A stretch of 43,486 nt of DNA from a virus, in the UHGV virus genome UHGV-0213645; one strand, 5' to 3'. The notes beneath the pieces are model-generated. The model did not search any database and had not been told where the DNA came from. It saw nothing but the letters and a program-made list of their open reading frames with translations. The translations under genes and the position numbers were made by a program. Of the stretch, positions 1 through 10,214 are shown one piece after another (within the stretch, counting starts at the first letter, position 1; each line of letters opens with the position of its first letter).

Positions 1-1029
1 ATGGCTACGAACGAATCTGCCGTAATGACTTCCCATAACCTACTCAACTACTCCGGCCTGCTCTTTAACAAGGGCAATACCCGCACCCCCTTTTCCACCC
101 TGATTGGCGGCAAGAGCCGTACCGTTCAGGCTTGGAAATTCCCCACCTCTCTTTCCTACACCACCGGCGGCGGCACCTCGCAGCCCGCGATTACCGAAAC
201 CGCGTCCCTGACCGCGCCCACACCCGGCTTTGTCACCCGCACGCAGGATGTGAACGTCTGCCAGATCTTCCAGCGTGCCGTCTCCATCTCCTACGGCAAG
301 ATGTCCAGCATGGATCAGCTTTCCGGCCTGAACATCGCCGGTCAGCAGGCCAACCCCGCAAATGAGCTGGATTTCCAGGTTGCAAATCAGATGCAGGAAA
401 TGGCCAACGACGTTGAATACACCTTCCTGAACGGTGCGTATCAGGATGGCACCTATGACGACACCGCCTACAAGACCAAGGGCATTACCGCCGCGATCAC
501 CACCAACGCCAAGGCGCTGACCGGCACCCCTGGCCTGAGCTTTTGGGCTGTGGCTGAGCTGATCCAGATGATCGGCGATGCGCACGCCCCCACCGATGGC
601 CTGGTGCTGATGGCTCGTCCCGTCAACATCATGCAGCTTAACGCGGATGCTTCCTCTAACGGCCTGACTGTCGTTCCCGCTGCCCGCGAGATTAACGGTC
701 TCAAGATCGACACCCTGATCACCCCGTTCGGCTCTGTCGGCATCGTTGCGAACCCCTACGTCGCCTCTGGCACCGCGCTCGTCTTCAATCCCTCGATCTG
801 CGCGCCCGTCGAAATGCCAGTACCCGGCAAGGGCAACTTCTTCCTGGAGCCCCTGTCCAAGACTGGCGCGGCAGACAAGTATCAGATCTACGGCCAGCTT
901 GGTCTTGACTATGGCGCTGAATGGTATCACGGCAAGCTGACCGGCCTGGGCACCACCTTCACCGCGCCTACCTATAGCAAGAAGGTCTATGTCGCTGGCG
1001 GCGAAGTGACCACCAAGACCGGCACTTAA
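1..1029 (+). CDS. Major capsid protein (SU10/DUF5309-like)
   Basis: 342 aa. Follows the scaffold gene across the circular junction (RBS AAAGGAG at the window end). Motifs QIFQRAVSIS, E..FLNG and YQIYGQLGLDYGAE are typical of this capsid family. Confidence 0.85.
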   Translation: MATNESAVMTSHNLLNYSGLLFNKGNTRTPFSTLIGGKSRTVQAWKFPTSLSYTTGGGTSQPAITETASLTAPTPGFVTRTQDVNVCQIFQRAVSISYGKMSSMDQLSGLNIAGQQANPANELDFQVANQMQEMANDVEYTFLNGAYQDGTYDDTAYKTKGITAAITTNAKALTGTPGLSFWAVAELIQMIGDAHAPTDGLVLMARPVNIMQLNADASSNGLTVVPAAREINGLKIDTLITPFGSVGIVANPYVASGTALVFNPSICAPVEMPVPGKGNFFLEPLSKTGAADKYQIYGQLGLDYGAEWYHGKLTGLGTTFTAPTYSKKVYVAGGEVTTKTGT

Positions 1030-1046
1030 GAAGGGAGGGGGCAAGC

Positions 1047-1382
1047 ATGACGCATGACGAACAGATTTCCATCCTGCGCGCCATGGTAGGAACGGATGAA
1101 GCCGAATCGGTGCTTGCCTCCTTCCTCTCCCTGGCCGGGAGCAAGATCATCAACCGCGCCTATCCCTTTAATCCGAACATTTTAACCGTCCCTGAGCGTT
1201 ATCGTTCGCTTCAAGTTGAAATCGCTGCTTACATGATGAACAAGCGCGGCGCTGAGGGGCAGACCGGGCACAGCGAAAACGGCGTATCCCGAACATACGG
1301 GAGCGCCGACGTGCCCGAGGCCATGCTGTCCGCCGTAACGCCATATGCGGGGGTGATATCCCATGCAGAATCTCAGGCGTAA
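1047..1382 (+). CDS. Head-tail connector protein (SPP1 gp15/HK97 gp6-like)
   Basis: 111 aa directly after the capsid gene. Motif NKRGAEGQTGHSENGVSRTY. RBS GGGAGG. Confidence 0.85.
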   Translation: MTHDEQISILRAMVGTDEAESVLASFLSLAGSKIINRAYPFNPNILTVPERYRSLQVEIAAYMMNKRGAEGQTGHSENGVSRTYGSADVPEAMLSAVTPYAGVISHAESQA

Positions 1383-1746
1383 CGAGCGCGCCTTCTGGTA
1401 CGCGGTATACCAGGGGCGTGAAATCGTGGCGGACGCTGACGGCAATCCTGGCGGCGTAAAGGTGCTCCATGGCAACCCGGTCAAGGCCGTGGGCAATATC
1501 TCTCCTGCCAACGGACAGATCACGCAGTATCAGTTTGGCGAGAATGCTGATTACGACCGCACGATCATCCTGACCGGCACAGACTGGCCGATAGACACAT
1601 CCTCCGTGTTGTGGGTCGAAACTCCGCCCGACATCAAGGACGGCGGCAGCACGGATACCCCGCACGATTACCGCGTGGCATGTGTGGCCAAGTCCCTGAA
1701 CAGCACGGCGATAGCCATAAAGCGGGTGAACGTTAGTGGCGCATAG
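1363..1746 (+). CDS. Head closure / head-tail adaptor protein
   Basis: 127 aa, syntenic position, C-terminal DYRV..VAKSLN motif. Confidence 0.65.
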   Translation: MQNLRRNERAFWYAVYQGREIVADADGNPGGVKVLHGNPVKAVGNISPANGQITQYQFGENADYDRTIILTGTDWPIDTSSVLWVETPPDIKDGGSTDTPHDYRVACVAKSLNSTAIAIKRVNVSGA

Positions 1747-2218
1747 AGTGATCGTCGCATCCCTGAGCGATATGGATCGCGCGGCGCGTGAGGTGCTGGC
1801 CTACCGGGACGAATTGCAGCTAAAGCTAAACCGGCTGCTGGCAGTCCTGTCGGAGGACGGCGCGGAGTACGCCCGCATGCAGGTGGCCACGCTTGGAGCC
1901 GTGTACACAGGCGGCCTGCTGGACAGCATAGAGGGCTACTACAGCGCGTCCGAGCACTGCGGCATTATCAAGGCTGGCGCGTGGTACGCAGCGTTTGTGG
2001 AATATGGCACGGGCGTTGTGGGCGCAAACTCCCCGCATCCAAATGGCAACGGGTGGGATTACGACGTAAACGGACACGGTGAGGCTGGATGGCACTACTT
2101 GCTCGATGAACAATGGCACTGGACGCGCGGCATGCCCAGTCGCCCGTTTATGTACAACACGGTGCAGGAGCTTGAACGCATCTGCCAGACCGTTGCAATG
2201 GAGGTGTTCGGCGCGTGA
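1736..2218 (+). CDS. Neck / tail completion protein (HK97 gp10-like)
   Basis: YAAFVEYGTG and TRGMPSRPFMY motifs. GTG start overlaps the previous gene. Confidence 0.8.
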   Translation: MAHRVIVASLSDMDRAAREVLAYRDELQLKLNRLLAVLSEDGAEYARMQVATLGAVYTGGLLDSIEGYYSASEHCGIIKAGAWYAAFVEYGTGVVGANSPHPNGNGWDYDVNGHGEAGWHYLLDEQWHWTRGMPSRPFMYNTVQELERICQTVAMEVFGA

Positions 2219-2610
2219 TCGATATCGAAAATGAAGTAGTATCCCGAATCTCCGCCGCCCTCCCCAAGGGCACATACGTAACCGGCGAATATGTATCGGC
2301 CCCGGCCGTGTTCCCGCATGTCTCCGTCGTTGAGATGGATAACTACACGCTCAAGGCCACGCAGACGCAGGAGCTGACCGAAAACCACGCCGTGCTGACC
2401 TACGAAATCAATATCTATTCCAACCTGAAAAACGGCAAAAAGGCGCAGTGCAAGGCGCTGGCCGCCGCAGCCGATACGGCCATGCAGAAAATGGGCTTTA
2501 CGCGCATCTCCCTGCAGCCGGTACAGAACATTTTGGACGGCACAATCTACCGCATGACGGGCCGTTATACAGCAGCCGTATCCACGGATAAGACCATTTA
2601 CAGGAGGTAA
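2215..2610 (+). CDS. Tail terminator protein
   Basis: 131 aa between the gp10-like gene and the tail tube gene. FPHVSVVE and YEINIYS motifs. Confidence 0.7.
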   Translation: MIDIENEVVSRISAALPKGTYVTGEYVSAPAVFPHVSVVEMDNYTLKATQTQELTENHAVLTYEINIYSNLKNGKKAQCKALAAAADTAMQKMGFTRISLQPVQNILDGTIYRMTGRYTAAVSTDKTIYRR

Positions 2611-2616
2611 TAAGCA

Positions 2617-3051
2617 ATGGCTACTTCTACCTATCAGACGTATCTGATGTACAAGGCCGCTTCTGGCGGCTCTGCTACTTATGGCAAACTGACTGACATC
2701 ATCTCCCTTCCCGACCTTGGCGCGCCCCCGGAGCAGATCGACGTAACCACGCTGTCTGACCGCCAGCGGAAGTATATTCCCGGCGTTGAGGATACCGGCT
2801 CCCTCGAATTTGAGGTGCTCTACGATCAGGACAGCTTTGACACCATCAACAAGCTGGGCCGTGAAACCGAATATGACTTTGCGGTATACGCCGGTGCTGA
2901 CAGCGACGGCGCGCCTGATGGCCACAATGGCAAGTGGACGTTTAAGGGCAAGATCGCCATCGTCAAGACCGGCGGCGGCGTGAACGAGTATCAGGGCGCT
3001 ACCGTGACCATCTATCCCTCTACGGATATTTCCTTTGCCAAGGGCACTTAA
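2617..3051 (+). CDS. Major tail tube protein
   Basis: PDLGAPPEQIDVTTLSD...YIPG motif, RBS GGAGG, syntenic position. Confidence 0.85.
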   Translation: MATSTYQTYLMYKAASGGSATYGKLTDIISLPDLGAPPEQIDVTTLSDRQRKYIPGVEDTGSLEFEVLYDQDSFDTINKLGRETEYDFAVYAGADSDGAPDGHNGKWTFKGKIAIVKTGGGVNEYQGATVTIYPSTDISFAKGT

Positions 3052-3069
3052 TAAGGGAGGCTGATTGCC

Positions 3070-3408
3070 ATGTCCAAGCAGATCAAAATCACCTACATGG
3101 ATAAAACCTACACCCTGGAATTTTCCAAGGGCTCTGTGCGCCGCATGGAGCAGGCCGGCTTTGACCGCACGGAGCTGGCGGCAAAGACCATGACCATGCT
3201 GCCGCAGCTTTTCGCTGGCGCGTTTATCAAGAACCACGCGCTGATCGATAAGAAGATCCCCGAAAAGATCTACGACCTGCTGCCCAACAAGCTTGACATG
3301 CTGGACAAGCTGACCGAGATGTTCGAGGAGCCCTACAACGCCATGTTGGAAGACCCCGATCCGCAGGAGGTCGAAGCAAAAAACGTGTCCTGGACGGCTT
3401 CCTGGTAA
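3070..3408 (+). CDS. Tail assembly chaperone (gpG-like, DUF5055-like)
   Basis: 112 aa between tail tube and tape measure genes. Ends with the slippery heptamer A AAA AAC. Confidence 0.8.
   Translation: MSKQIKITYMDKTYTLEFSKGSVRRMEQAGFDRTELAAKTMTMLPQLFAGAFIKNHALIDKKIPEKIYDLLPNKLDMLDKLTEMFEEPYNAMLEDPDPQEVEAKNVSWTASW
3378..3384 (+). other. Programmed -1 ribosomal frameshift site (A AAA AAC)
   Basis: X XXY YYZ heptamer in frame near the end of the chaperone gene. The -1 frame is stop-free from 3384 into the ORF at 3483 (RVLDGFLVKQDGPSESDTHWTFTELFEKALPYY-MAIGM...). Confidence 0.85.
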
Positions 3409-3845
3409 AGCAGGACGGGCCGTCTGAATCGGATACGCACTGGACGTTTACAGAGCTCTTTGAAAAAGCGCTCCCTTATTATATGGCAATCGGCATGACG
3501 GTAGGCGAGTATTGGGAGGGGGACAATTCCCTTCCCGCCGCCTATCGCAAGGCCGACCAGCTCAGGCAGGAGCGCATCAACGAGCAAGCCTGGCTGCAGG
3601 GTATGTACATCTACGACGCTTTGGCGCGCGTATCCCCGATCTATCACGCCTTTGCAAAGGCCGGAACCAAGCCCGTGCCGTACCCTGATAAGCCATACGA
3701 TTTTAAGCGCAGAGAGCAGCCCAAAACGCTGCGCGAAAGGGAATCCGCAGCAGAAGAAAGCGCGCGCAAAATGGCCGACCTGTTTGAACGGTTTAACGCC
3801 AAGCGCGGAAAGAAGAAGGAGGCGATAACAGATGGCGGTAGTTGA
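3384..3845 (+). CDS. Tail assembly chaperone gpT portion (gpGT frameshift product)
   Basis: -1 frame continuation of the gpG-like gene. PYYMAIGMT..EYWEGD motif. No clear RBS before ATG 3483. Confidence 0.75.
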   Translation, partial: RVLDGFLVKQDGPSESDTHWTFTELFEKALPYYMAIGMTVGEYWEGDNSLPAAYRKADQLRQERINEQAWLQGMYIYDALARVSPIYHAFAKAGTKPVPYPDKPYDFKRREQPKTLRERESAAEESARKMADLFERFNAKRGKKKEAITDGGS

Positions 3846-6096
3846 CACCCTCGAAATCCAAATTGTTGATAACGCCAAGGAAGCTGCCTCCCATATGGAT
3901 CAGCTTGCGCAGTCGATGAACCGCGTGGGCAAGGCCAAGAGCGCGCCCCAGGCGCTAAGGGAAGTGGCCGATGAAACCGTGCATGTTGCGGAGGGGACGC
4001 GGCAGTCTTCTGAACGGCTTGGCACGCTGACCGCGCGGCTAAAGGAATTCGGCGCAAGGGCAAAGGCTTCTTTTGGAGGACTTGGCGATTCTTCGGAAAA
4101 AGCCGAAAAGCATACAAGCGGCTTGGCTTCTTCTCTTGGCCGTTTTATCAAATATCGCCTGTTCTTCGTTGCATTCTCGCAGCTTTCCAGCGCGCTTAGC
4201 GAGGGAACAAGCAACCTGTACCAGTGGAGCAAGGCAATGGGCGGCAGCTTTGCAAAAGCCATGGACGCTGGCGCCGCTTCGTCTGCGACGCTTAAAAACG
4301 GGCTGGCTGCTGCGCTGTCCCCTGTGATTATTTCTGTTATTTCTCTGTTTAACACCCTTGCCGGGGCGATCAATTTTGCCCTCAGCGCTTTAAGCGCCCT
4401 TCTTTCTTTGTTCGGCGGTTTTGGGACGTTTACAACGGCAACCGACGCTGCAAACGATTATTCCAAGGCCGCGGGCGGCGCGGCAAAGGCAAACAAGAAT
4501 TTGCTGGCCAGCTTTGATGAATTGAACGTACTGCAGCAGCCCAGCGGCGGCGGTGGTGGCGGCGGCGGTGCTATCGGGAAGTTTGACTTTGATGACTCTC
4601 TCATTACGGACAAGATGAAGCGCATCGGCGCAGCAGCGCTTGTGCTGGGTGCGGCGCTGTCGGCCGTGTTTCCAAACTCCAAAGCGCTAAAGTACGTAGG
4701 TATCTTGCTTACGATTTATGGCGCAATCAACAACATCAAGGCGATTGCTGACCAGTGGAAAAACGGCATTACGGACAAAAACTCATACAAATGGCTGTGG
4801 AGCCTTGCAAGCGCAGCTACGGGCGCTTACATGGCGTTTGGAAAGCTTGGCGCAGGATTTACGCTTTTGATTGGCGGCATCGCAGGTGTTGTTACGGCGA
4901 TCAAGGATATCATCGACAAAGGCAAAGCGACGCAGGAATCCCTTGTGCAGATCTCTCTTGGTATTGCTGCGATCTCCGGCGCAATTGCAATCCTGACAGG
5001 CAACCCAATTTCGTTGATTATCACTGCTGTTGCTACGGTTGCGGCGCTGATTATCAAGTATTGGGAGCCGATTAAAACCTTCTTTGCCAACCTGTGGGAA
5101 GGCATCAGCAAGGCGGCAACCAACGTCTGGAATTGGATTTCTGAGCGCGCTCAGAGCGTTGCGGATTTTGTGCAAAAAATATGGGCGGCTGTAAAGAAAT
5201 TCTTTTCTGACCTTTGGTCTGGCATCCAGGTTGCAGCAACCAACGCATGGCGCATCATCCTGATTGCAATTAACGCAGTTGTTGAGCCGGTGGAAAAGGC
5301 TTGGAACGCCGTTGTTGAGTTTTTTGCTGGCGTGTGGGAAGGAATCAAAAAGGCCGCATCGGATGCATGGGCGGCTATCCAGACTGCGATAAACAATGTA
5401 ATTGCGCCTGTAGAAGAAGCTTGGGAAGCGGCGAAGAAATTCTTTTCTGATGCATGGTCTGCTATTCAGGTGGCCGCAACCAATGCATGGTTTGTCATCC
5501 TTACGGCCATTAATGCGGTCATTGATCCGGTGGAGAAAGCGTGGACTGCAGCTAAGACCGTTTTTGATACGGTCTGGTCTGGCATCCAAACGGCGGCAGA
5601 AACCGCGTGGAACGCCATCAAAGATGCGATCAATGCTGTACTTACGCCCATCCAGAACGTAATTGACAAACTCAATGAGTTTTTCGGCCTTCCGTCCTCA
5701 AAAACTGTTGATGTAAATATCAATCAGCACACGACGTATACGTATACAAGGCAAGACGGAACTTCTTTTGAGTACGGAACAAGTTCTTCTGGCCCGCGTG
5801 GCTTTGCTTCCGGCGGCATCGTCCCATCCGGCCAGATGTTCATTGCCCGCGAGGCTGGGCCTGAACTGGTTGGCACCATGGGCGGGCATACCGCAGTCGC
5901 CAATAACCAGCAGATTGTCACCGGCATCTACGAGGGTGTAAAGGCGGCCATGCAGGACGCTGGCAGCAGCAATAGCGGAGGTACAATGAGCGTCAATGTG
6001 TACCTGGACGGCAAGCAGATCACGGCGGCAGTCGAAAAGCGCCAGCGCGAACGCGGCGCGACCATCTATCCGGGAGGTGTGCTCAGTGGCGTTTAA
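3832..6096 (+). CDS. Tape measure protein
   Basis: 754 aa, Ala-rich, hydrophobic central segments, Trp-periodic amphipathic repeats, C-terminal FASGG...AREAGPELVG motif. Confidence 0.92.
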   Translation: MAVVDTLEIQIVDNAKEAASHMDQLAQSMNRVGKAKSAPQALREVADETVHVAEGTRQSSERLGTLTARLKEFGARAKASFGGLGDSSEKAEKHTSGLASSLGRFIKYRLFFVAFSQLSSALSEGTSNLYQWSKAMGGSFAKAMDAGAASSATLKNGLAAALSPVIISVISLFNTLAGAINFALSALSALLSLFGGFGTFTTATDAANDYSKAAGGAAKANKNLLASFDELNVLQQPSGGGGGGGGAIGKFDFDDSLITDKMKRIGAAALVLGAALSAVFPNSKALKYVGILLTIYGAINNIKAIADQWKNGITDKNSYKWLWSLASAATGAYMAFGKLGAGFTLLIGGIAGVVTAIKDIIDKGKATQESLVQISLGIAAISGAIAILTGNPISLIITAVATVAALIIKYWEPIKTFFANLWEGISKAATNVWNWISERAQSVADFVQKIWAAVKKFFSDLWSGIQVAATNAWRIILIAINAVVEPVEKAWNAVVEFFAGVWEGIKKAASDAWAAIQTAINNVIAPVEEAWEAAKKFFSDAWSAIQVAATNAWFVILTAINAVIDPVEKAWTAAKTVFDTVWSGIQTAAETAWNAIKDAINAVLTPIQNVIDKLNEFFGLPSSKTVDVNINQHTTYTYTRQDGTSFEYGTSSSGPRGFASGGIVPSGQMFIAREAGPELVGTMGGHTAVANNQQIVTGIYEGVKAAMQDAGSSNSGGTMSVNVYLDGKQITAAVEKRQRERGATIYPGGVLSGV

Positions 6097-6472
6097 GGCT
6101 CTTGTAAGCGTCGGCTCGTATGACTTCCCGGAGCCGTCCACCTACTCCGGCAACACCGCCACCCTGGTAGACGCTGGCCGCAACGTGGAGGGCAAGGTGA
6201 TCGGCGCTGTCATCCGGGACGATGTGGCCAAGGTGGAGCTGACCTGGAGATACCTGACCGTAGCACAGTGGGCGAACATCAACAAGTGCTTCAAGGAATC
6301 CGCTGGCGGCAAGTTTTACAATTCTGTTACGTTTTTCGATCAAAGCGCGGGCGGCTGGGTAACAAAGACCATGTACGTCAGCGACCGCAACGCCAACATG
6401 TTCCGGCGCGACCCGGAGAACGGAAGTATTTTGGGCTGGCTGGAATGCAAGCTGTCGCTGGTGGAGGTGTAA
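6086..6472 (+). CDS. Distal tail (Dit-like) protein
   Basis: GTG at 6086 preceded by GGAGG. Directly downstream of the tape measure gene. YVSDR motif. Confidence 0.65.
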   Translation: MAFKALVSVGSYDFPEPSTYSGNTATLVDAGRNVEGKVIGAVIRDDVAKVELTWRYLTVAQWANINKCFKESAGGKFYNSVTFFDQSAGGWVTKTMYVSDRNANMFRRDPENGSILGWLECKLSLVEV

Positions 6473-6475
6473 GGC

Positions 6476-8263
6476 ATGGAAACGGTAACAAGCGCCTGGA
6501 AGGAAGTGCAGAGCCAGCAGCTTCTAAACGAAAGCTATATCGAAATTTCCTTTGCCATCACCGACCCTGACGCGATCATTGACGCTACTGCATCGGATAA
6601 CGGCGCGCTTTCCATCGCCGATACCGCGTCCATCGTGAGCCAGGACGAAAAGAGCATAGTCCCCTACGCGACGCTGGAGGAAAATCTCTGGTTGCTGGAC
6701 GGCAGCCGGAGGTTTATCCCCGCGTCCAATCAGGGGGATAATGGGTATATCGGCAACCTGTTATCCGACGAAAACTGCGCATTTACGACAAATCCTGTCA
6801 TTGATGTGCAGTTTTCTGCAAATCACGACGTTTTAATTCCCGGCGCTACCATTGTGTGGGGCACGGCCTATGACGAGTACGCCAGGGCGTTTACCGTCAG
6901 CGCCTACAAGGGCACCGCGCTGGTTGCGCAAAAGCAGATCACCGACAATACGTCCGTCACGTCCATTGTGCAGATGGATATCACGGACTACGACCACATC
7001 CGCGTGGAGATCGTCAAGTGGTGCCTGCCGCATCACAGGGCGCGCATCGCCCGGCTGTTTATCGGCATCGAAAAGGTGTACGCCAAGTCGGATGTTTTGG
7101 AGTATCAGCACGAGCAGGACGTAGACCCCATCGGGGCAACCGCGCCCATCAATAAGATGACCTTTGCCATCGACAACAGCGACGATGCATACGACCCCAA
7201 CAACACCAGCGGCCTGTCCAAATACCTGATCGAGCGGCAGCGCATCCAGGTAAAGTACGGGCTGAAGATGAACGACGGCTCCATCCGTTACATTCGAGGC
7301 GGCGTGTTTTACCTGTCTGAATGGGAAGCCCCGCAGAACGGCATCAAGGCCAGCTTTACCGGGCGCGACCTGCTGGAATTTATGCAAAAGCCCTATGTAA
7401 AGGGGCTCTACAACGCCAGCGGAACCAGTCTGTACGACCTGGCAGACAGCGTATTTAATGAAGCAAGCCTGCCGCTCAACGACGACGGCACCAAAAAGTG
7501 GGTGATCGACAACAGCCTGAAAACCATCACCACCGTTGCCCCGCTGCCCATGAGCCCGCTAAGCGAGTGCCTGCAGTATATCGCCCAGGCCGGGCGCTGC
7601 GTGCTCTACTCTGACCGCGCGGGCATGCTGCACATGGAGCCGATCTCTGCGACCAAACAGGACTATGCGATCACCGCCTTTAACTCCTTCCAGCGGCCTG
7701 AGATTTCGCTGCAAAAGCCGCTCGGAAGCGTGGATACCAAGGTGTACAACTACTTCACCGGCGAGACCGGGCAGGAGCTCTTTTCCGGCCAGGCCACCGT
7801 GAACGGCACGCAGGAGCTGACTGTCACCTACTCGCAAAGCGCAATCAATGTAAGCGCTACCGTGACGGGCGGCACGCTGGTATCGGCCAATTACTACACC
7901 AACGCCTGTGTGCTCAAGATCACAGCCACTGGCGCCGTCACCATCCAGATCACCGGCGATATCCTCAAGACGTCCACGTCCGATTATGTTTTGCAGGTGG
8001 ATGATAAGGGCGAGGCGCAGGGCGTAAACAACCCCCTGATTGCATCCTCCGAGATGGCCGCAGCCGTCAGCCAGTGGGTAAAGGCGTGGCTGTCCAACCG
8101 CCGCATAATCACCATTGGCGAGTGGCGCGCGGATCCCCGTCTGGACGCTGCCGACCTGATCGATTCGCAGAATAAGTTTGATACCGACGACGTGCGCATT
8201 ACGTCTGTAAAATACACCTTTGCGGGCGCATTCCGCGGCAGCGGGGAAGGGAGGATTGTCTGA
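6476..8263 (+). CDS. Tail tip / baseplate hub protein
   Basis: 595 aa beta-rich protein after Dit. C-terminal WRADPRLDAAD motif typical of siphovirus tail tip proteins. Confidence 0.65.
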   Translation: METVTSAWKEVQSQQLLNESYIEISFAITDPDAIIDATASDNGALSIADTASIVSQDEKSIVPYATLEENLWLLDGSRRFIPASNQGDNGYIGNLLSDENCAFTTNPVIDVQFSANHDVLIPGATIVWGTAYDEYARAFTVSAYKGTALVAQKQITDNTSVTSIVQMDITDYDHIRVEIVKWCLPHHRARIARLFIGIEKVYAKSDVLEYQHEQDVDPIGATAPINKMTFAIDNSDDAYDPNNTSGLSKYLIERQRIQVKYGLKMNDGSIRYIRGGVFYLSEWEAPQNGIKASFTGRDLLEFMQKPYVKGLYNASGTSLYDLADSVFNEASLPLNDDGTKKWVIDNSLKTITTVAPLPMSPLSECLQYIAQAGRCVLYSDRAGMLHMEPISATKQDYAITAFNSFQRPEISLQKPLGSVDTKVYNYFTGETGQELFSGQATVNGTQELTVTYSQSAINVSATVTGGTLVSANYYTNACVLKITATGAVTIQITGDILKTSTSDYVLQVDDKGEAQGVNNPLIASSEMAAAVSQWVKAWLSNRRIITIGEWRADPRLDAADLIDSQNKFDTDDVRITSVKYTFAGAFRGSGEGRIV

Positions 8264-8748
8264 TGGCCGAATGGATTGCGCCTATCTACGACCGCACCAG
8301 CGAGGACGTAGCGCAGGCAAAAACGCAGATAAGCGCCTGGAAGGCAACGCCCCTGTCCGATACGCCGCTGCCGACCGCTGCGCTCAAGGGCTGCATGAAC
8401 GTGGCCGATATGAACCGCATCGAGGGCGACGTGCAGTACCTCTACGATCTGCTTACCGCTATGGGATATACCCCATCTGTCAGCACAAAAAGCTGGGCAA
8501 TGGGCAGCCTGCCAACAGCGCAGGACGTGCAGCGTATTATCGCAAACGTGCAAAGCTTTGTAGATTCCTTTGCAAAGCCTGCCGCAGCGCCTGATCTGCC
8601 GTCCAGCATGAGCGGGTACGCGCAGGTGAACGCCATCGAGGAAAATCTCTACTGGATGAACTACCTTTTGGCCGTTGTGCCAAGCAGCTACCAGAAATGC
8701 AACATGTTTAAGGCCGGGGCAAGACGCATGCTCCCGCTCAGGAGGTGA
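8263..8748 (+). CDS. Minor tail protein
   Basis: WIAPIYDRT and DMNRIE motifs. Located in the tail module. Confidence 0.55.
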   Translation: MAEWIAPIYDRTSEDVAQAKTQISAWKATPLSDTPLPTAALKGCMNVADMNRIEGDVQYLYDLLTAMGYTPSVSTKSWAMGSLPTAQDVQRIIANVQSFVDSFAKPAAAPDLPSSMSGYAQVNAIEENLYWMNYLLAVVPSSYQKCNMFKAGARRMLPLRR

Positions 8749-8752
8749 GACT

Positions 8753-9217
8753 ATGGCCTATGTAGCAAGGACAATAAAAGACCGTGTGGCGGTTGGAGAT
8801 GATTGTTTCGAGCTCGAAACGCTTTCTGATGGCCGTGTGAAGCTGACCCCTTCGCCAGATTCGGTCTCTGAGCCGGGCACGGATATCAACAAGGCGCTTT
8901 TGCAGCTCATTGAAGACCGCGTTGTCGGCCTGATGAACGGCATCTTTACCGCGACGGCCACCCTCCCCTCCACCGGCTGGACGGGGGACGCAGCGCCATA
9001 CGCCCAGGAGGTAACGGTAACGGGCATCACGGCTGCGGATACGCCGATGGTGGATATCGTGCAGACGGGCACGGAGGCCACGGACGAGCCCATGCGCGAG
9101 GCGTGGGGCGTGGTCACGCGCATGGTGACGGGCGCTGGCAAGATCACGGCATACGCCAGCGAAAAACCGACCGTGAATATCCCGATCCAGTTGAAGGTGG
9201 TGAAAAACAATGGGTGA
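8753..9217 (+). CDS. Tail fibre-associated protein
   Basis: ATG 8753 after GGAGGTG. W...APYAQEVTVTGITAADTP motif. Confidence 0.55.
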   Translation: MAYVARTIKDRVAVGDDCFELETLSDGRVKLTPSPDSVSEPGTDINKALLQLIEDRVVGLMNGIFTATATLPSTGWTGDAAPYAQEVTVTGITAADTPMVDIVQTGTEATDEPMREAWGVVTRMVTGAGKITAYASEKPTVNIPIQLKVVKNNG

Positions 9218-10199
9218 GTGTTTGCTTGTTCGGCGCGGCGCTAAGCCCACGCTCAAGGGCATCAGCGTAAAGACCCCGCCTGCAAAATTGGAATACCTGG
9301 CTGGCGATACCTTTGACCCGACCGGACTTGTGCTGACGGCGAACGTTGGCGGCGTACCGGTGGACGTGACCACGGGCTACACCGTAACGCCCGATCCCCT
9401 GACAGCGGATACAACGGCGGTTACGATCAGCTATACCCTGGACGGCAAGACCGCGACAACGGCGCAGGCGGTGACGGTGAAATCTTATGATCCTGTGTTT
9501 GCCAATAATACTTGGGAAAAAATTATTGAAGCCGCAGCATCCGGCAGAGCCAGCGAATTGTGGCAGGTAGGCAGCACAAAACCCTATACCATCGGAGATG
9601 AGACCTACACCGCGCGGATTATCGGCTTTGACCACGATGCGCTGGATGCGACTGACGCAAGGTACGGCGACGCATCCTACAACGGCGGGAAAAACAAGGC
9701 CGCAATCACACTGGAAATGGTGGAATGCACGTCAACGTCCTATCAAATCCATACCAGCAACAACCAGAACGTTGGCTGGAGTGCCTGCGCTCTGCGCAAT
9801 AATACGCTGCCTGCAATCAAGGCGACAATCCAGAGCGAGATCCGGAACGCCATCCGTACCGTAGTAAAAAAGCGCGCTGAATCTCCAAGCGCTGATTATG
9901 GCAAGTATTCGGAAACGCCGGACACGTTATTTATCCTCTCATTGGTTGAGTACAATCGTAAGAGCAGCGCGCATGCGTCGTGGGCAGACGAAGGAACAAC
10001 ATATGCCTATTACGAGGCTGGAAACGCGATAACAAAGAAGAAAAGAGGCGAGAGCTCCAACTCTGCATATTGGACTGCAAGTTCGAAGCACTATACAGCA
10101 TCGAGCTATTACTACCTGTTCATTGACACTGACGGCGAATCATCAAAACAAGACTACATGAACAGCAAGAAACCAATTGCCATCGCCTTCTGCCTCTAA
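9210..10199 (+). CDS. Putative receptor-binding protein: Ig-like (Big_3) domain plus DUF6273/C-type-lectin-like domain
   Basis: N-terminal PAKLEYLAGDTFDPTGLVLTA Ig-like motif. RIIGFDHD, LFILSLVEY and YWTAS...AFCL C-terminus. Confidence 0.7.
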   Translation: MGECLLVRRGAKPTLKGISVKTPPAKLEYLAGDTFDPTGLVLTANVGGVPVDVTTGYTVTPDPLTADTTAVTISYTLDGKTATTAQAVTVKSYDPVFANNTWEKIIEAAASGRASELWQVGSTKPYTIGDETYTARIIGFDHDALDATDARYGDASYNGGKNKAAITLEMVECTSTSYQIHTSNNQNVGWSACALRNNTLPAIKATIQSEIRNAIRTVVKKRAESPSADYGKYSETPDTLFILSLVEYNRKSSAHASWADEGTTYAYYEAGNAITKKKRGESSNSAYWTASSKHYTASSYYYLFIDTDGESSKQDYMNSKKPIAIAFCL

Positions 10200-10214
10200 G
10201 AAAGGAGCAAACCC

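Noticed and set aside
5090..5660. DNA repeats within the tape measure gene
   Set aside because: Explained by the ordinary Trp-periodic protein repeats of tape measure proteins.
9210..10199. Complete diversity-generating retroelement
   Set aside because: No reverse transcriptase, Avd-like gene or template repeat was seen anywhere in the genome.
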